From the NCBI GenBank assembly GCA_963845515.1, contig CAWJSR010000026.1:64001-128000 (forward strand): a DNA stretch of 64,000 nucleotides. The letters are read 5' to 3'. The stretch is from an uncultured delta proteobacterium. Lineage in GTDB: Bacteria; Myxococcota; Myxococcia; Myxococcales; Anaeromyxobacteraceae. Numbering within the stretch: position 1 is the first letter of the stretch; each line of letters opens with the position of its first letter. The notes beneath the pieces were generated by a model that saw only the letters and a list, made by a program, of their open reading frames with translations, was not told where the DNA came from and did not search any database. The position numbers were made by a program, and so were the translations under genes. This document shows, piece after piece, positions 9,054-17,556 of the stretch.

Positions 9054-10691
9054 CTATTTCTTCAGCTTTTCCCTGAGCAGGTCTCCGAGCGTCCCGAAGC
9101 CGCTGCGCCCCTGTCCCTTGAACGGGGTGCTCTTCTGCATCCAGTCGCGCGCCTCGGCACGCTCTGCGGCGGCCTCCGCGCCTGCGCGGGAGAGGCGGAT
9201 GCGCCCGCGCTCGTCGATCGCCTCGATCAGCGCGCCGAACCCGTCGCCCACCTTGAACGCCTTGCGCAGGTCGGAGCCGCGAGGCGTCCCGGTCTCGCTC
9301 GCCGGAACGAGGCCCCGGCCGCCCGCGAAGCGGACGAAGAGGCCGAAGGTCTCGATCTTGTCGACGGTGACCTCGACCACGTCGCCCACCCTTGGCTGCG
9401 GGGGCGGCGCGACCGCCACGCGGGCCGGCTCGGTGGAGGCCACCGGCTCGGGGCGCGGGGTCAGCGCCCGGACCGAGAGGCCGATCCGCTCACCCTTCTT
9501 CTCGTCCTGGTCGATCCGGAGGACCTGGACCTGGACCTTGTCGCCCGACTTGAGCAGGTCCTGCGGCTTGGACACGCGGTCCCACGCCAGCTCGGACACG
9601 TGGACGAGCCCCTCGATGCCGCCGAGGTCGACGAAGGCGCCGTAGTCCTGCACGCTCGTCACGGTCCCCTCGAAGACGGCCCCCGGAGCCAGCTTCTCCC
9701 GCGTCTCCCGGGCCTTCCCCGCACGCTCCTCCTCGAGGAGCGCGCGCCGCGACAGGACCACGTCCCGCTCGTCCGCCTTCTGGACCCGGAACGCGAGCTT
9801 CTGGCCGATGAGCGTCGTCGCGTCTCCGACGAAGCGCACGTCGATCTGGCTCATCGGGCAGAAGGCGCGGACGCCGTGGACCTCGACCTCGATGCCGCCC
9901 TTGTTCACCGCCTTGACGATCCCCTCGACCGGGAGGCCGGTGCCGGCGGCCTCCATGACGGCCTCGCGGCCGTGGTCGCGGTGCTGCGCCTTGCCGCGCG
10001 AGACGACGACGCCGCGCTCGCCACCCTTGACCACGACGGCGTCGATGATGTCGCCCTCGCGGAACGGGACGTTACCCTCCTCGTCCTTGAGCTCGACCGT
10101 CTCGATCATCCCGTCGGCGAAGCCGCTGCCGAGCTCCAGGAAGACGACGTCGTTGCCGATCTGGATGATCTTGCCGGCCACCTTCTCGCCCGGCTTGAAG
10201 ATGCGCTTCTTCGCAGGCGCCCCCTGGCTGGAGGCGAACATGTCGGCGAAGGAGCCCTCGTCGGGCGCCTCCACCTCGGGCACTGGAGGGAGATCGATGG
10301 GGGCAGGCGGAGGGGAAGCGGCAGCGCCCTGCTGGCGATCCTCGCGCGGGGGGCGATCGCGCCGCCCCTGGCCACCGCGACCCGCGCCGCCGCCGGGCCT
10401 GCCCTGGCCGACCGGCCGGCCTCCACCCGGTCCACGGTCCGGCCGCGGTCCGCGAGGGGGCTGTGGGGCAGCGCCGGCAGACGGGGCGGGGCCGGCGGCG
10501 CCCTTCTTCTCGTCCGCGAGCCGCTGCCAGAGCGGCCGGGAGTCTGGAGCTGCTGCGGGCGCCGCGGCCGGCTCGGGGGCGAGCGTCTCGACGACGGTCG
10601 GCTCGATCTGCGTCCCCTCGGGCGGCGGCTTCACGTGCCCCTTCCGGATCACGACCGGACCGGGCGACTCGGGCTTCTTCTCATCTGCCAT
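9054..10691 (-). CDS. multi-S1-domain RNA-binding protein (ribosomal protein S1-like paralog)
   Basis: About four S1 repeats (GVRAFCPMSQID, DYGAFVDLGGIEGLVHVSELAW, ETFGLFVRF), C-terminal GFGTLGDLL, long Pro/Gly/Arg-rich N-terminus. Confidence 0.85.
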   Translation of the reverse strand: MADEKKPESPGPVVIRKGHVKPPPEGTQIEPTVVETLAPEPAAAPAAAPDSRPLWQRLADEKKGAAGPAPSAGAAPQPPRGPRPDRGPGGGRPVGQGRPGGGAGRGGQGRRDRPPREDRQQGAAASPPPAPIDLPPVPEVEAPDEGSFADMFASSQGAPAKKRIFKPGEKVAGKIIQIGNDVVFLELGSGFADGMIETVELKDEEGNVPFREGDIIDAVVVKGGERGVVVSRGKAQHRDHGREAVMEAAGTGLPVEGIVKAVNKGGIEVEVHGVRAFCPMSQIDVRFVGDATTLIGQKLAFRVQKADERDVVLSRRALLEEERAGKARETREKLAPGAVFEGTVTSVQDYGAFVDLGGIEGLVHVSELAWDRVSKPQDLLKSGDKVQVQVLRIDQDEKKGERIGLSVRALTPRPEPVASTEPARVAVAPPPQPRVGDVVEVTVDKIETFGLFVRFAGGRGLVPASETGTPRGSDLRKAFKVGDGFGALIEAIDERGRIRLSRAGAEAAAERAEARDWMQKSTPFKGQGRSGFGTLGDLLREKLKK

Positions 10692-10765
10692 GGGGCCGGT
10701 TTCATAGCAGATCCGGGCAGAGGTTGGATCTCGCCAAGGAGCGAGCCGCCGGATATGAACCCCGG

Positions 10766-11116
10766 ATGCCCGGCGCAAGAACCGTCGTCTTCCTCTCCCA
10801 CGCCGACGCCGGCGCCCTGCGCCTCGCAGCCTCCTGCGCGCTGACCGCCGCGGCGATGGGCGACCGCGTCGACGTCTTCCTCTTCGGCCCGGCCGTCAGC
10901 GCCGTCGTAGAGGCGGCAGACGACTCCGAGGCCGACGAGGAGCTGGCGATGCTCGCGAAGGCCCGCGGCTCCGGCTGCCGGCTCATCGCCTGCTCGGCGA
11001 GCGTCGTCGCGGAGAAGGTCCAGCTCGCCGACGCCGAGCGCGCGCTCGACGCGGTCGTGGGGTGGCCCACGATCCTCGACTGGTCCCGGGGAGTGGTGGA
11101 TCGGTTCTTCTTCTAG
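10766..11116 (+). CDS. DsrE/DsrF/DrsH-like protein
   Basis: ALTAAAMGDRVDVFLFG, RLIACSAS, VVGWPTIL layout of DsrE-like proteins. Confidence 0.7.
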   Translation: MPGARTVVFLSHADAGALRLAASCALTAAAMGDRVDVFLFGPAVSAVVEAADDSEADEELAMLAKARGSGCRLIACSASVVAEKVQLADAERALDAVVGWPTILDWSRGVVDRFFF

Positions 11117-11135
11117 CTCCCTCGGGCCGCAGCCG

Positions 11136-11909
11136 TCAGGGGAGCCGGTAGGTCACTGCCGCCGCGATCGGGATGAGGTTGGAGTTCGCCTCGGCGGAGA
11201 CCTGGAAGTAGACGAAGTAGGCGTAGGTCGAGTTGTCGATCCTGGCGCCACCGGCCTCGGTCTTGCCGACGCGGACCTCGCCGCTCGCGCCCTGGGTCGC
11301 GACGCCAGCCAGGACCGTGTCATCGCTCCGGTACAGGTACGCCGCGCCGTCCACGCGCTCGTCCGCGTCGAAGTAGGTGAACGAGAAGGCGGTCACCGTG
11401 GCGCCGTCCGGGAGCTGGATGGGCGTGACGAGAAAGTCGTCCGCGCCCTGCGTCTGGAAGCGCCCCACGCCTCCCGGTACGGTGCCCTGCGCCGTCCCCG
11501 TGGTCGAGTGGCGCGGGATCGCCGCGACCGCGGCGACGGACACGACGCCCCTGGGGAGCCGCTGGCACACGACGCTCCCGTCCGGCCCGACGAGCCGGAT
11601 CGCCGAGCCGACGGCGCACGTGCCGGTGATCCGCGCCTGCTTCGCGGCGACCTGCTCGCTCGTCTTCACGATCTCCTCGGAGTGCATCTCGAGCGCGCCG
11701 GTGACCTCGGACGGCATCACCTGGAGCGGGAGCCTGCCGGTGGAGACCCGCGCGGCGTCGATCGGACGTCCGCCTGGGTAGGCTGCCGAAGACTCCCGGC
11801 CGGTCGCGGCGGGGTCGGCGCGCTCCGATAGGTGCCGCGTGTACGCCGCCCAGGAGAGCGCTCCCGCCGCGGCAGCCCCCAGCGCTGCGATCACCCGTGC
11901 CTTGTTCAT
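11136..11909 (-). CDS. hypothetical membrane-anchored/exported protein
   Basis: N-terminal hydrophobic segment (MNKARVIAALGAAAAGALSWAAY); ITGTCAVGSAIRLVGPDGSVVC motif and a beta-rich C-terminal domain (PIQLPDGATVT). Confidence 0.7.
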   Translation of the reverse strand: MNKARVIAALGAAAAGALSWAAYTRHLSERADPAATGRESSAAYPGGRPIDAARVSTGRLPLQVMPSEVTGALEMHSEEIVKTSEQVAAKQARITGTCAVGSAIRLVGPDGSVVCQRLPRGVVSVAAVAAIPRHSTTGTAQGTVPGGVGRFQTQGADDFLVTPIQLPDGATVTAFSFTYFDADERVDGAAYLYRSDDTVLAGVATQGASGEVRVGKTEAGGARIDNSTYAYFVYFQVSAEANSNLIPIAAAVTYRLP

Positions 11910-12070
11910 CGTCCCTCCCGCCGCCCTCGGTTCGTGGCATGGGGCGCGACGCGGCGCAACGGGTTCGAGCACAGGCGCCCGGCGGGACCTCGCGCGCGCA
12001 CGGCCATGTCTGCTGGGTGCCCCCCCCTCGGATGGTGATGCGCGCCCCTCGTGAGCGTAGAGTGGCACCC

Positions 12071-12292
12071 ATGCGCCATCCGTCGCGGCTGACCGCCGAT
12101 GAAGTCGTGGCCCGTCCGACCTCGTTTCTCGTAGGGGACCACAGCGTAGTCGTCGCTCAGGTCACGCCGTCATGGCGCTGGACCGTGACGGTGGATGGCC
12201 GTCCCCTGGAGGGGACGTTCGAGACCCAGGCCGAGGCCTGGGAGGCCGGCGTCCGCGACGCGGATCGGGTCGACCAGGGTCGCGGGGCCTGA
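12071..12292 (+). CDS. small hypothetical protein (73 aa)
   Basis: Protein-like sequence WRWTVTVDGRPLEGTFETQAEAWEAGVRDA with GC-rich third positions. Confidence 0.6.
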   Translation: MRHPSRLTADEVVARPTSFLVGDHSVVVAQVTPSWRWTVTVDGRPLEGTFETQAEAWEAGVRDADRVDQGRGA

Positions 12293-12314
12293 CGCTTTCG
12301 GCAGCGGCCGTCGC

Positions 12315-12677
12315 CTACCCGCCGAACGCGGCCAGCCAGGAGGTGATCAGCTCCTCCTTGGTGGGCGCGGCGGCGTAGTAGCCGACCACCGAACCGGGCG
12401 GCGCTAGCATCACCACCGAGGTCCCGCCCTCGTCCGGAACGCCCAGCTCGCGGAGCAGGATCGGACCGGCCGGATCCCACGGGTCGAACGAGACTGCGGA
12501 GCTCGAAGGGAAGCGCGGATCGGCCTGCAGCGCGCGAACACCGCCAAGCGACTGCTCCGCGTCCATTCCCGCGTGCGGCACGCAGACGAAGAGCACTTCG
12601 CCGCGCGAGAGCGCGGCGCGGCACAGCTCCAGTGAAGTGGTGGTGGACCTCTCCTCGACGGCGACCATCCCAGCCAT
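12315..12677 (-). CDS. hypothetical protein (120 aa)
   Basis: Balanced composition (VLFVCVP...VVMLAPPGSVVGYY) and GGAGG upstream on the minus strand. Confidence 0.55.
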   Translation of the reverse strand: MAGMVAVEERSTTTSLELCRAALSRGEVLFVCVPHAGMDAEQSLGGVRALQADPRFPSSSAVSFDPWDPAGPILLRELGVPDEGGTSVVMLAPPGSVVGYYAAAPTKEELITSWLAAFGG

Positions 12678-12830
12678 CCCCGAACCTCCTGCGACCCCGT
12701 CCGGCTCGCCCAGCCCGGCACCTCGTCGCCCCCGGCCGACCGATATCGGCGCTGGGAGACTTTGAGCCTCCGGTACGCGAGCGTCAAGGAACGATCGCGG
12801 ACCGGTCGGGGCGAGACATTCGAGCGCGCC

Positions 12831-12864
12831 AAAAGAGAGAGGGCCGCCACTCGGCGGCCCTCTC
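12831..12864 (-). terminator. intrinsic terminator of citrate synthase gene
   Basis: GAGAGGGCCGCC-actc-GGCGGCCCTCTC stem followed by TCTTTT on the minus strand. Confidence 0.8.
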
Positions 12865-12890
12865 GGTCCTTCAGGTGCTGGCGCGAGTCG

Positions 12891-14228
12891 TTACTTCTTG
12901 ATCTCGCGGCCGCCGGCGGCGGCCCACTTCTCCAGCATGTCCGTGGTGACCGACTTCGGACGCTCGATGGCGTAGCCGAGGCCGCGGTCCCACGTGATGT
13001 TCGCCATGCAGCCGAGCGCGCGGCCGACGCCGAAGAGGACCGTGTAGAAGTCCCACTCCTTGAGGCCGTAGTACCACTGGATGACGCCGGAGTGCGCGTC
13101 GACGTTCGGCCAGGGGTTCTTGGTCTTGCCGTGCTCGGTGAGGACGCCGGGGGCCGTCTCGAAGATCATCGCGACGAGCTTGAAGAGCGGGTCGTCCTTG
13201 AGGCCCGGCGTGGCGAGGCAGAACTCACGCTGCGCCATGTAGCGCGGGTCGGTCTTGCGGAGCACGGCGTGGCCGTAACCCGGGACGACCTGGCCGGCGT
13301 TGAGCGTGTCCCAGAGCGCCTTGGTGACGTTCTCCTTGGTGGGCTCCGCGCCGTTCAGCTTCTTCTGGAACTCCATGATCCAGCCGAGCACCTCCTGGTT
13401 CGCGAGGCCGTGGAGCGGGCCGGCGAGGCCGTTGAGGCCGGCGGAGTAGGAGTAGTACGGGTCGGACAGGGCCGAGTGCACGAGGTGCGTCGTGTGGGCC
13501 GAGACGTTCCCCGACTCGTGGTCCGAGTGGAGGATGAAGTACATGCGGGCGACGTCGTCGTACGGCGCCGGCTTGCCGATCATGTGGGCGAAGTTCGCGC
13601 CCATGTCGAGGTTCGGATCGACCGCGACCTGGAAGTCGCTGTTGTACTTCAGGTTGTAGATGAAGGCGGCGATGATCGGGATGCGGGCGACGATGTCGCT
13701 CGCGTCCTCATAGACCGACTCCCACGCCGTGTTCTTGTTGAACTTGCCGCCGCTGTAGAAGGCCGCGAACTTCGAGTCCTTCTGCAGCGCCAGCATGCCG
13801 ACGGAGAGCATCACCATCGGGTGGCTGTCGCGGGGCAGCGCGCGGATCGCGTCCCAGACGTAGGACGGAACGACCTGGCGCTTCTTCCACTCGGCGACCA
13901 CCTCGTCGACCTGCTTCTGGTTCGGGACGTCGCCGGTGAGCAGGAAGTACCAGAACGACTCGACCGTCGGGTACTTCGAGCCCTTCGCCTTCGGCAGCGC
14001 CGCGAAGGTCTCCGGGATCGTCTTGCCGCGGAAGCGGATGCCTTCCTGCGGATCCAGGTAGGAGATGTCAGTGACCAGGGAGCGGATGTCGCGCGCGCCG
14101 CCGATGCACTGGCTGATGGTGACCTGGTCGATGACGATCTCGCCAAGCTCCTTGGTGAGCTTGGTCGTGCGGGGGCGGAATGCCTCAATCTTCTGCTTGA
14201 GCGTAGTCTTCAGCGTGGACTCAGCCAT
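12891..14228 (-). CDS. gltA: citrate (Si)-synthase, eukaryote-type
   Basis: LDPQEGIRFRG, HSDHESGNVSAH, GLNGLAGPLHGLANQEV, VPGYGHAVLRKTDPRY, NPWPNVDAHSG, IERPKS. Confidence 0.96.
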   Translation of the reverse strand: MAESTLKTTLKQKIEAFRPRTTKLTKELGEIVIDQVTISQCIGGARDIRSLVTDISYLDPQEGIRFRGKTIPETFAALPKAKGSKYPTVESFWYFLLTGDVPNQKQVDEVVAEWKKRQVVPSYVWDAIRALPRDSHPMVMLSVGMLALQKDSKFAAFYSGGKFNKNTAWESVYEDASDIVARIPIIAAFIYNLKYNSDFQVAVDPNLDMGANFAHMIGKPAPYDDVARMYFILHSDHESGNVSAHTTHLVHSALSDPYYSYSAGLNGLAGPLHGLANQEVLGWIMEFQKKLNGAEPTKENVTKALWDTLNAGQVVPGYGHAVLRKTDPRYMAQREFCLATPGLKDDPLFKLVAMIFETAPGVLTEHGKTKNPWPNVDAHSGVIQWYYGLKEWDFYTVLFGVGRALGCMANITWDRGLGYAIERPKSVTTDMLEKWAAAGGREIKK

Positions 14229-14604
14229 GGTTGTCGACTCCAGCCACATCTAGAAGGTGGGACATCGGGTAAGCGATCGCGGGTGAACCGAAGGCACGCA
14301 TCCTACTCGTCAGTTAAGACCCTAAGCAATCGACATTTCAGCGGAATTCATGGAGCCGACAAGTCCATCTTAATGGGGTGCGGCGGCGATATCGGCGCCA
14401 CAATCGCTCGGACTGACGACCCGTAATCGGATCGACCCGGGCGGGGCGCAGCCCCCACGGATCATCCCTCGTAAAGCGGAGTTCGCTGATCGATCTTTTC
14501 GCGATCGGTCCGTGATCCGCTGGACGTGAACGGCGCGAGCGGGCCTCCCGGGCACGCGCCGGACCGTGCAACCCGGAATCCCAGTGCGACAACCGGCCGC
14601 AGGG

Positions 14605-15060
14605 TCAGCCTCGGCCGCGGTAGAGGGCGGCGGCGATCTGCGCCGCGAGGTTCGGGTTGGCTGGAACCGCTGCGGCAGTCGCCGTGAGGGCGTCGTGAAT
14701 GGCGGCGCTCGCCTCGGCGGGGGCTGCCGTCTCCGCGGACCCCTCCGAAACTGCAGGCTCCTTCTGCGCTTCCCGCTGCTTCTCGGTCCCAGCGCCCGAC
14801 CTACAGGGCCGACACCACGGTTGATTCCGGATCGCGCCGTCGGCCATCTTGCGAAGCCCGAACTGGGAGAGGGGCTTCATCTTGTGGCACTTGAGGCACA
14901 GCAGCGTGATGAAGACCTCGTTCCCGTCCCCGTCGTAGACCGCCGACTTCCGGCGCTTCGGCTTGGGCGCTTCTTTCCGCCGGGGCGCAGCAGCGCTCTC
15001 CGGGTTCCGGAAGAGATCTCCCTTCACGATCGCTGAGGCGACCATGACCTTGACGGCCAT
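14605..15060 (-). CDS. hypothetical protein with putative C4 zinc-binding motif
   Basis: CLKC...CRPC pair; Lys/Arg-rich N-terminus; RBS GGAGGT before MAVKVMV. Confidence 0.75.
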   Translation of the reverse strand: MAVKVMVASAIVKGDLFRNPESAAAPRRKEAPKPKRRKSAVYDGDGNEVFITLLCLKCHKMKPLSQFGLRKMADGAIRNQPWCRPCRSGAGTEKQREAQKEPAVSEGSAETAAPAEASAAIHDALTATAAAVPANPNLAAQIAAALYRGRG

Positions 15061-15229
15061 TGCTTCTACCTCCTGCTGTTCGGAGCAGCGCTGCAGGGTG
15101 CCCATTCGTAGGTGGCAGCCCGGCATGCTGAGGCTAGCTGGAGGGTCTGACATCGATCCAGCCCCCCGCACGCGCCGACAGCGGGTATGGTTGTCGGGAC
15201 CCCCTCACCAGGAACAAGGAGAAGAGATC

Positions 15230-15346
15230 ATGAAGCGGATGTTCGCCCTCGCCCTAGTCGCCCTCTTCGTCGCGGCCTGCGCGCCCGGCCAGTCCAAGCG
15301 CTGGTTCAACCCCGGCCACAACAAGAGCACCTCGATCGACCGCTAG
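15230..15346 (+). CDS. 38-aa small lipoprotein
   Basis: AAGGAGA RBS; MKRMFALALVALFVAAC lipobox; 21 residues after the Cys. Confidence 0.65.
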   Translation: MKRMFALALVALFVAACAPGQSKRWFNPGHNKSTSIDR

Positions 15347-15445
15347 ACCCGCGGGGTCGCGGAGTCAGGGGCGGCGCGGGCGAGGGATCGCTCGACGCCG
15401 CCCGTGTCTTCCAGGGCAGGAGCCGGGCGGCGGCAGCTTCGTCGG

Positions 15446-15751
15446 CTAGCGAAACAGCGCCAGCCAGACCTGGAGCACGCCGACGAGCGCTAGCACGGTC
15501 GCGGCGCTGACCGCGGTCTTCGCGCTCACCCGCAGCCAGATCAGCACCGCCGGGATCGCGATGAGCGCCCCGAGCACGAGCTGGAGCGGCAGCGACGTCC
15601 GGAAGTTCAGCACCAGCCAGCCGAACGCCATCAGGACCTCGAGGCCGCTCGCGACCAGCGCGATGACTGCCAGGCCGCGGCTCGCGTGCCCGAGGAAGAG
15701 CATGACGGAGGCGGCGAGCGCGGCGACGGCGAGTGCGGTGTGGATGGTCAT
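15446..15751 (-). CDS. small integral membrane protein
   Basis: 101 aa, about four hydrophobic helices. Confidence 0.7.
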   Translation of the reverse strand: MTIHTALAVAALAASVMLFLGHASRGLAVIALVASGLEVLMAFGWLVLNFRTSLPLQLVLGALIAIPAVLIWLRVSAKTAVSAATVLALVGVLQVWLALFR

Positions 15752-15883
15752 CGGATCGGTTTCTTACGCGCACCGCGCCTCGTCCGCAAGGACCCGGGGT
15801 GACGCCGCGCGGGCCGGACGATTCCAGCGCCGGCCCCCTCCGCGGCTGGTACTTGTAGGGGTGATGCGTTCTCGGGAGATGCC

Positions 15884-17360
15884 ATGACGGTCCCGTCCCG
15901 GCTGTACCGCCCCTCGCTCGCGCTCCTCACCGACTTCTACGAGCTGACGATGGCCGCCGCCGCGTTCCGGAGCGGCCACTCGGAGAAGGAGGCGGTCTTC
16001 ACGCTCGCGTTCCGCAAGAGCCCGTTCGCCGGCGGCTTCACCGTGGCCGCGGGGCTCGCGCAGGCGGTCGACTTCATCGAGCACTACCGGTTCGACGAGG
16101 AGGATTCTCTCCTTCCTCGCTGCCCAGCACGGCGCCGACGGCAAGCCGCTCTTCGACGCTCCCTTCCTCGAGCTCCTCCGCCGGCTCGAGCTCGACGTCG
16201 ACGTGGACGCCATGCCCGAGGGGACCGTCGCCTTCCCGCAGGAGCCGCTCGTCCGCGTGAAGGGGCCGGTCATCCCCTGCATGCTGCTCGAGACGGCGCT
16301 GCTCACCCTCGTGAACTTCCAGTCGCTCGTGGCGACCAAGGCTGCCCGCGTCTCGATCGCGGCGCGGGGGGAGCCGGTCCTCGAGTTCGGCCTGCGCCGC
16401 GCGCAGGGGATCGACGGTGGCCTCGCCGCGAGCCGCGCGGCCTACATCGGCGGCTGCGCCTCCACCTCGAACACCCTCGCCGCGCGCATCTTCGGCATCC
16501 CCGCGAGCGGGACCCACGCCCACTCGTGGGTGATGCTCTTCGACGACGAGCAGCAGGCCTTCGAGGCCTACGCCCATGCGCTCCCGGGCAACTGCGTGTT
16601 CCTCGTCGACACCTACGACTCGCTCGCTGGCGTCCGGAAGGCCATCGACGTCGGCCGGTGGCTCCGAGCGCAGGGGAAGGAGCTGGTGGGGATCCGGCTC
16701 GACTCCGGCGACCTGGCCTGGCTCTCGATCGAGGCGCGGCGCATCCTCGACGAGGCCGGCTTCCAGAAGGCGATCATCTTCGGCTCGAACGAGCTCGACG
16801 AGACGATCATCCAGAGCCTGAAGGACCAGGGGGCCCGGATCGCGGCCTGGGGCGTCGGCACGCGGCTCGTCACCGGCGCGGACGACTCGGCGCTCGGCGG
16901 CGTCTACAAGCTCGGCGCGGTGCGCGACGGCCCGTCCGCTCCCTGGCGCCACCGCGTCAAGATCTCGGAGCAGTCGACGAAGACGACCATCCCCGGCGTG
17001 CTCCAGGTGCGGCGCTACGGCGACGCGCGGGGCTTCCTCGCCGACGTCATCTGGGACGAGCTGACCGGGCTGCCGGAGGCGCCGCTCATCGTCGATCCGT
17101 TCGACCCGACCCGCCGCCGCGAGATCGCCGCCGGCACGCCGGGCGAGGACCTGCTGGTCCCGATCTTCCGCGGCGGAAGGCGCGTCTACGAGCCGCCGCC
17201 GCTCGCGGCGAGCCGCGCGCGCGCCGCTGAACAGCTCGCTGGGTTCCACCAGGGCGTGAAGCGGTTCGTGAACCCGCACCGGTTCCCGGTCGGGCTGGAG
17301 CGCGGGCTGTACGACCTCAGGACGAAGCTGGTCCTGGACGCGCGCCACGCGCCGAGGTGA
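15884..17360 (+). CDS. pncB: nicotinate phosphoribosyltransferase (one +1 frameshift as assembled)
   Basis: [10 protein letters not shown] in frame 15884; [39 protein letters not shown] in frame 16203; removing one T at 16105-16106 joins them into ~491 aa. Confidence 0.9.
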
Positions 17361-17556
17361 ACCGGCCCTGGCCCCGGCGGCAGGCCGGCGCGCTCCGCTC
17401 CAGGCGCGAGGGTCAAGGGGGGAGCGGGGGCCTATGACATAGCGCTCGGCCGGGCACCGGCCCCTTCGCCCCTCCGGCGATAGCCTTGGCGTGCCCGCCC
17501 CAGGTCTCTTCTCGAGGCCGCGCCGCGGGGCCTGGACCCGTCTCGTGGAGGAGCCA

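Noticed and set aside
14230..14600. AT-richer, GATC-rich region upstream of citrate synthase as a riboswitch or ncRNA
   Set aside because: No recognisable conserved structure; consistent with an ordinary promoter region
14810..14905. CLKCH as a heme c motif
   Set aside because: No signal peptide and a second CxxC follows, which fits a cytoplasmic metal finger better
16095..16115. Programmed ribosomal frameshift in pncB (and similarly nhaD)
   Set aside because: No slippery heptamer seen; similar single-base insertions are scattered over unrelated genes, which points to sequence error
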